Of a stretch of 64,000 nt of DNA, positions 60,429 to 64,000 are shown one piece after another. Both the position numbers and the translations under genes were made by a program. How positions within the stretch are numbered: position 1 is the stretch's first letter; the number at the start of each line of letters is the position of its first letter. Under the pieces are notes generated by a model. It was given only the letters and a program-made list of their open reading frames with translations, was not told where the DNA came from and did no database searches. Origin of the DNA: Phoronis australis (taxonomy: Eukaryota; Animalia; Phoronida); the NCBI GenBank assembly GCA_002633005.1, contig NMRA01000498.1, positions 237,772 to 301,771 of the forward strand. Reading direction: 5' to 3'.

Positions 60429-63400
60429 TCTACTTCACTGAAATTTTGACTTACGTTCACTCTTATCAAGTGGTTTTTTTTCAGAAACGCTGCACTTTTG
60501 CTGCGGTACTGTAAAATTATTTTTCAGAAACAGTAACGTGGAGCATAACAAGATGAAATTTCTGACTTAGGCTTATGTCATTTTTGATGAAACGTACCCA
60601 GTTTCCATAATTTTAAGCACGTTGTGCATGAACAACAATGATCTCTTAACATACACATGACGCGTAGCTAAAAGATTGATACCTGCGGGCTGAAAACCAC
60701 ATGTTTAAATTGCACATCTTTACCCTTCAGAGAATGCGTAAAAACCATTCGTCCAGTATACACGATACTCAGCTGTTAAACCGCCAGCGACTCCCAAGAG
60801 ACGCGTGGGCACATCCGTTAACGACACATGGTCGATTAGATGAGAAAATGAAACGAGGCTAGTATTTTTACGGCATATACTAAGTCACTTTTTGGTAACT
60901 ACAAAAAGCGCACGAGCGAGCTGGTACCGTGTGATCATTCAAACTATATATTCGCTAAACCAAAAACATGGCCAGTCAAAGGAATTCATTTGAACTTGAA
61001 TATGAGACAATGTTTGAATAAAGACAACAACTTTTCTAAAATGTAGCGACATGTTTTGGCGGTAAAACCTCCATCATTGTCAAGTTTTATTCTGAGAATG
61101 GATGCCAGGATAGCTACAGGTACAACACAGATAATTCCAAAACACGCAAAAATACCAGAACACGATTGGCTAGCAATCAACGAATCATAACTCAGTGTAA
61201 CCAAATGTAAACGACTCATGGGAAACCTGTGCTACGTTTTAGAAAAATTGTTGTCTTTATAAAAACTTAAATCGTGTTTGTCAGTGCGAGATCTTTCAAT
61301 ATAAGACAATATTTTCAGTATAAATCATCGTAAAGAATACGATCGAAAAAAACATTAATCAAATAGTCAATGGGCCAAATCAACTTGACACATTTCCGTA
61401 CTATTTATGATCCGCGATTTAGCATATGACGTATCTTAAGAGTAAATATTTGAAAGACGAAGTTTGGAAATCGGCCGTGACTGGTGTTGCTGACATTTTA
61501 CTTACCCTCACAAATACCTGGTAACAGTTTGTCGCGTCCAACATAGAGTAGGTACGTGGAATTACGCATAGTAAAAGCACTGCGTGGCGACAGAATCAAA
61601 GCTTTTCCTCAAGAAGCAGTTTCCATTTTCAAATGGATGTAATGGCTATTAAATTAGTTGAATAATTATTTTAAGGACAACACCAAAGTAGTAATGGTGA
61701 TGGTTCGAAAGTGGACACGACAGCGGAGACGAAATGGAGAGAGTCGCCGGGGGGGGGGGTTAGAATATGGCAACGACGGGAGAAGGAACAAAGTGGGTGG
61801 GGGTCCGAATATGGCACCGATCTGCGAGAGCCAAAGTGGAGGTAGTTGACATTCGGAAATTTGTACTAAAAATCGTACTCGAAATTACCTTTGACATTTT
61901 CCGTTCTATTTTTGTGGGAACTCAAGATAGGTTTTTGTTATTTTGTGTTCGTTTACAGACTGGTTCGCGTTGATGCCAAACCTAAATTTGATCGTGCTCC
62001 CAAAATTGTTTTTTGAAAATGAAAATTAATAAGAGAAGTTTTATTTGTCTTTCCATGGTTTATCTTCATTTATATTAATTACGTCACGATAATTACCTTC
62101 TTATGTTTGAGTAATTGTACATGATTTATATTAGTACAACTCATCATAAAAGCATAAAATCAGATTTTTATTTTATTTAAAGTTGATTATATTTGTACGA
62201 GTTACTTAAGGTACCTCATTGTTTGATCCAAACCTTGACAAAATTTCGATGTGCAATCGCAATAGCCTTGTAAAATGTGGACGAGACGTGTGCTTAGACC
62301 ACAATCAGAGAAGTCAAATGTTATGCAACATGTACTTTTGAAAATGCGCTAAAACAGTTGTCCCTTCCTGGTTGTCTCTTCCTGACAGTGCTGATAATGA
62401 GTTTCGCTTTGTCGTGTGTGGCGTATATTTTTGTTGACTGTTGTGCCAACTCGATAAGTCAGTGATCCATATGAAGTATATCATAAAGTAAATAGATTTA
62501 ACTTAAGGCCCATGGCCTTATGTACTATTCATAAAGAAAAGAGTAGCGAAAGACACAACCACCGAAGCAACAATAATGAAAGCAACTCTTAATACAGGGC
62601 GAACAACAAAAAACGTAAGCCTTCTGTTCACATACAAAAAATAAAGAACGAGGACAAAAACAATGAAGACAATGATGAAGTAGAAGTGACTTCATACTTA
62701 CTAAGAGTCAGTGTAATTGCAAAGAATCGTCAATGAATCACACTGCAAACTGACAAGGTTACAAACGTTCTATCTTTGTACAGGTTGTTGTAACTGACGA
62801 TGACTAAGCCAGAGCGACACTGTCTTAGTTATTCAGGTTTCCCATTGAAGGATTGCATGGAAAAGAGATTGAACGAACACTTATTTCCCCCCTTTGCTGA
62901 CTTCTATCTCATGGGGCTGTAGAAAAACTCAAAACGTTAAGAGGAAAAAATGACTCGCAACAACGCTCAAAGGGGGCGTGTCTTTACACATGATAAAGTG
63001 TTTCCTTAAAATGCACAAGTTCCGCCGTATTCTACCTGTTGATTACGTATATATAGGAGCATGTCACCGACTGTGTCAGTATTCACTTCGAGAGAACGCA
63101 AACCTACACGGTTTACTCATAGTAAGAATAGTGTATTAATTACCAACAGAGGCATTCACTGTCTCCAACATTCGTCGCTCTATCCACCTAAACATGCAAC
63201 TTTGATTGCTGGTCCTCGGCGGTGCTCTTGAAGAATCTCAGAACAGTTTGCGAAGAGTAATTTTTCAGCGCTGGTGAGCGGTAGTAGATCTTACTATAAA
63301 AGCAAAGATCGACCGTGGTAGGTTGTGCATGACACTCTGGCTTTCCACAGGCGCAATGGACGTAAAAGTAAGTACTTCCCTTGGTTTTGACTTTTTTGAT

Positions 63401-64000
63401 GTCTACAACGGTCAGTTGGGTACTTGCTCAAGACGTTTCGAGTACTGCACAGCTACATGTATTATGTGACCATGTGTTCAAGATTAGTTGCTGCCGATTG
63501 TTGCTCATTGCAGCCAACGCCAGCACTCTAGAACTAGTCAAAAACATGAAATAAAAACGGAACCTGCTTTGAAAAAGCCCTTGTCTCAAATTCTCCGCTT
63601 TCATGTAAGTAAATTTGCATGACAATGTTTTGTTAAACGGTTAGAAAGCAGGCGAGAAATGAAAGAGGGTTGCCATTGCCGCGGGAAAGTCAAACTTAAC
63701 AACTGATTAAAGCCTAACTTCACAGGAATTTTGTTATTTTAGATGTATTGGGTTAATCAGATAGTCCTAGCAAAGCCTTAGTAAACTAAGAAAACGCGAG
63801 TTCAATCACACAAATGAAAGTCCGTCAAATGACAAGTGAAGCTGCCTTTTCGTGCCGTGTTGCATCACCGCGAGTTCCCAGCACAAAACAACAAAATGAC
63901 GACAACAGTTACATTAAAAACCGGCGATCGTCCGGATTTTAATCTCACTATGGCCCAAAAACTGATTTAAGTAACGATAGCAGTTGTTTTGAATAGGGGT

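Overview
This is eukaryotic (invertebrate metazoan-type) genomic DNA, not prokaryotic: GT-AG introns, many MITE-like repeats and two N gaps (34088-34737, 52991-53272). Three protein-coding loci can be reconstructed by hand. (1) A 5'-truncated ORF on + (open from base 2 to 2491) encodes an acidic Gly/Asp/His/Pro-rich protein built from ~11-aa 'GNGDPGHDTPY' repeats, with one hydrophobic segment and a basic/di-Cys C-terminus. (2) A 5-exon gene on + (7693-21920, ~560 aa) encodes a probably secreted, Cys-rich protein with a legumain/peptidase-C13-like (caspase-fold) domain whose catalytic His and Cys appear replaced, i.e. a candidate pseudo-protease. (3) A 15-exon FBXL4 orthologue on - (49434-30850, ~559 aa) lacks the vertebrate N-terminal mitochondrial anchor and is preceded by an in-frame 3-codon uORF. 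Non-coding DNA holds several TIR/foldback elements, a 44-bp mini-element with 9-bp TSD, minisatellites, Penelope-like retroelement remnants with hammerhead-ribozyme motifs, and a ~420-bp duplication that is probably an assembly artefact. No exon was recognised in 53.3-64 kb. All family assignments come from manual motif recognition; no searches were run.
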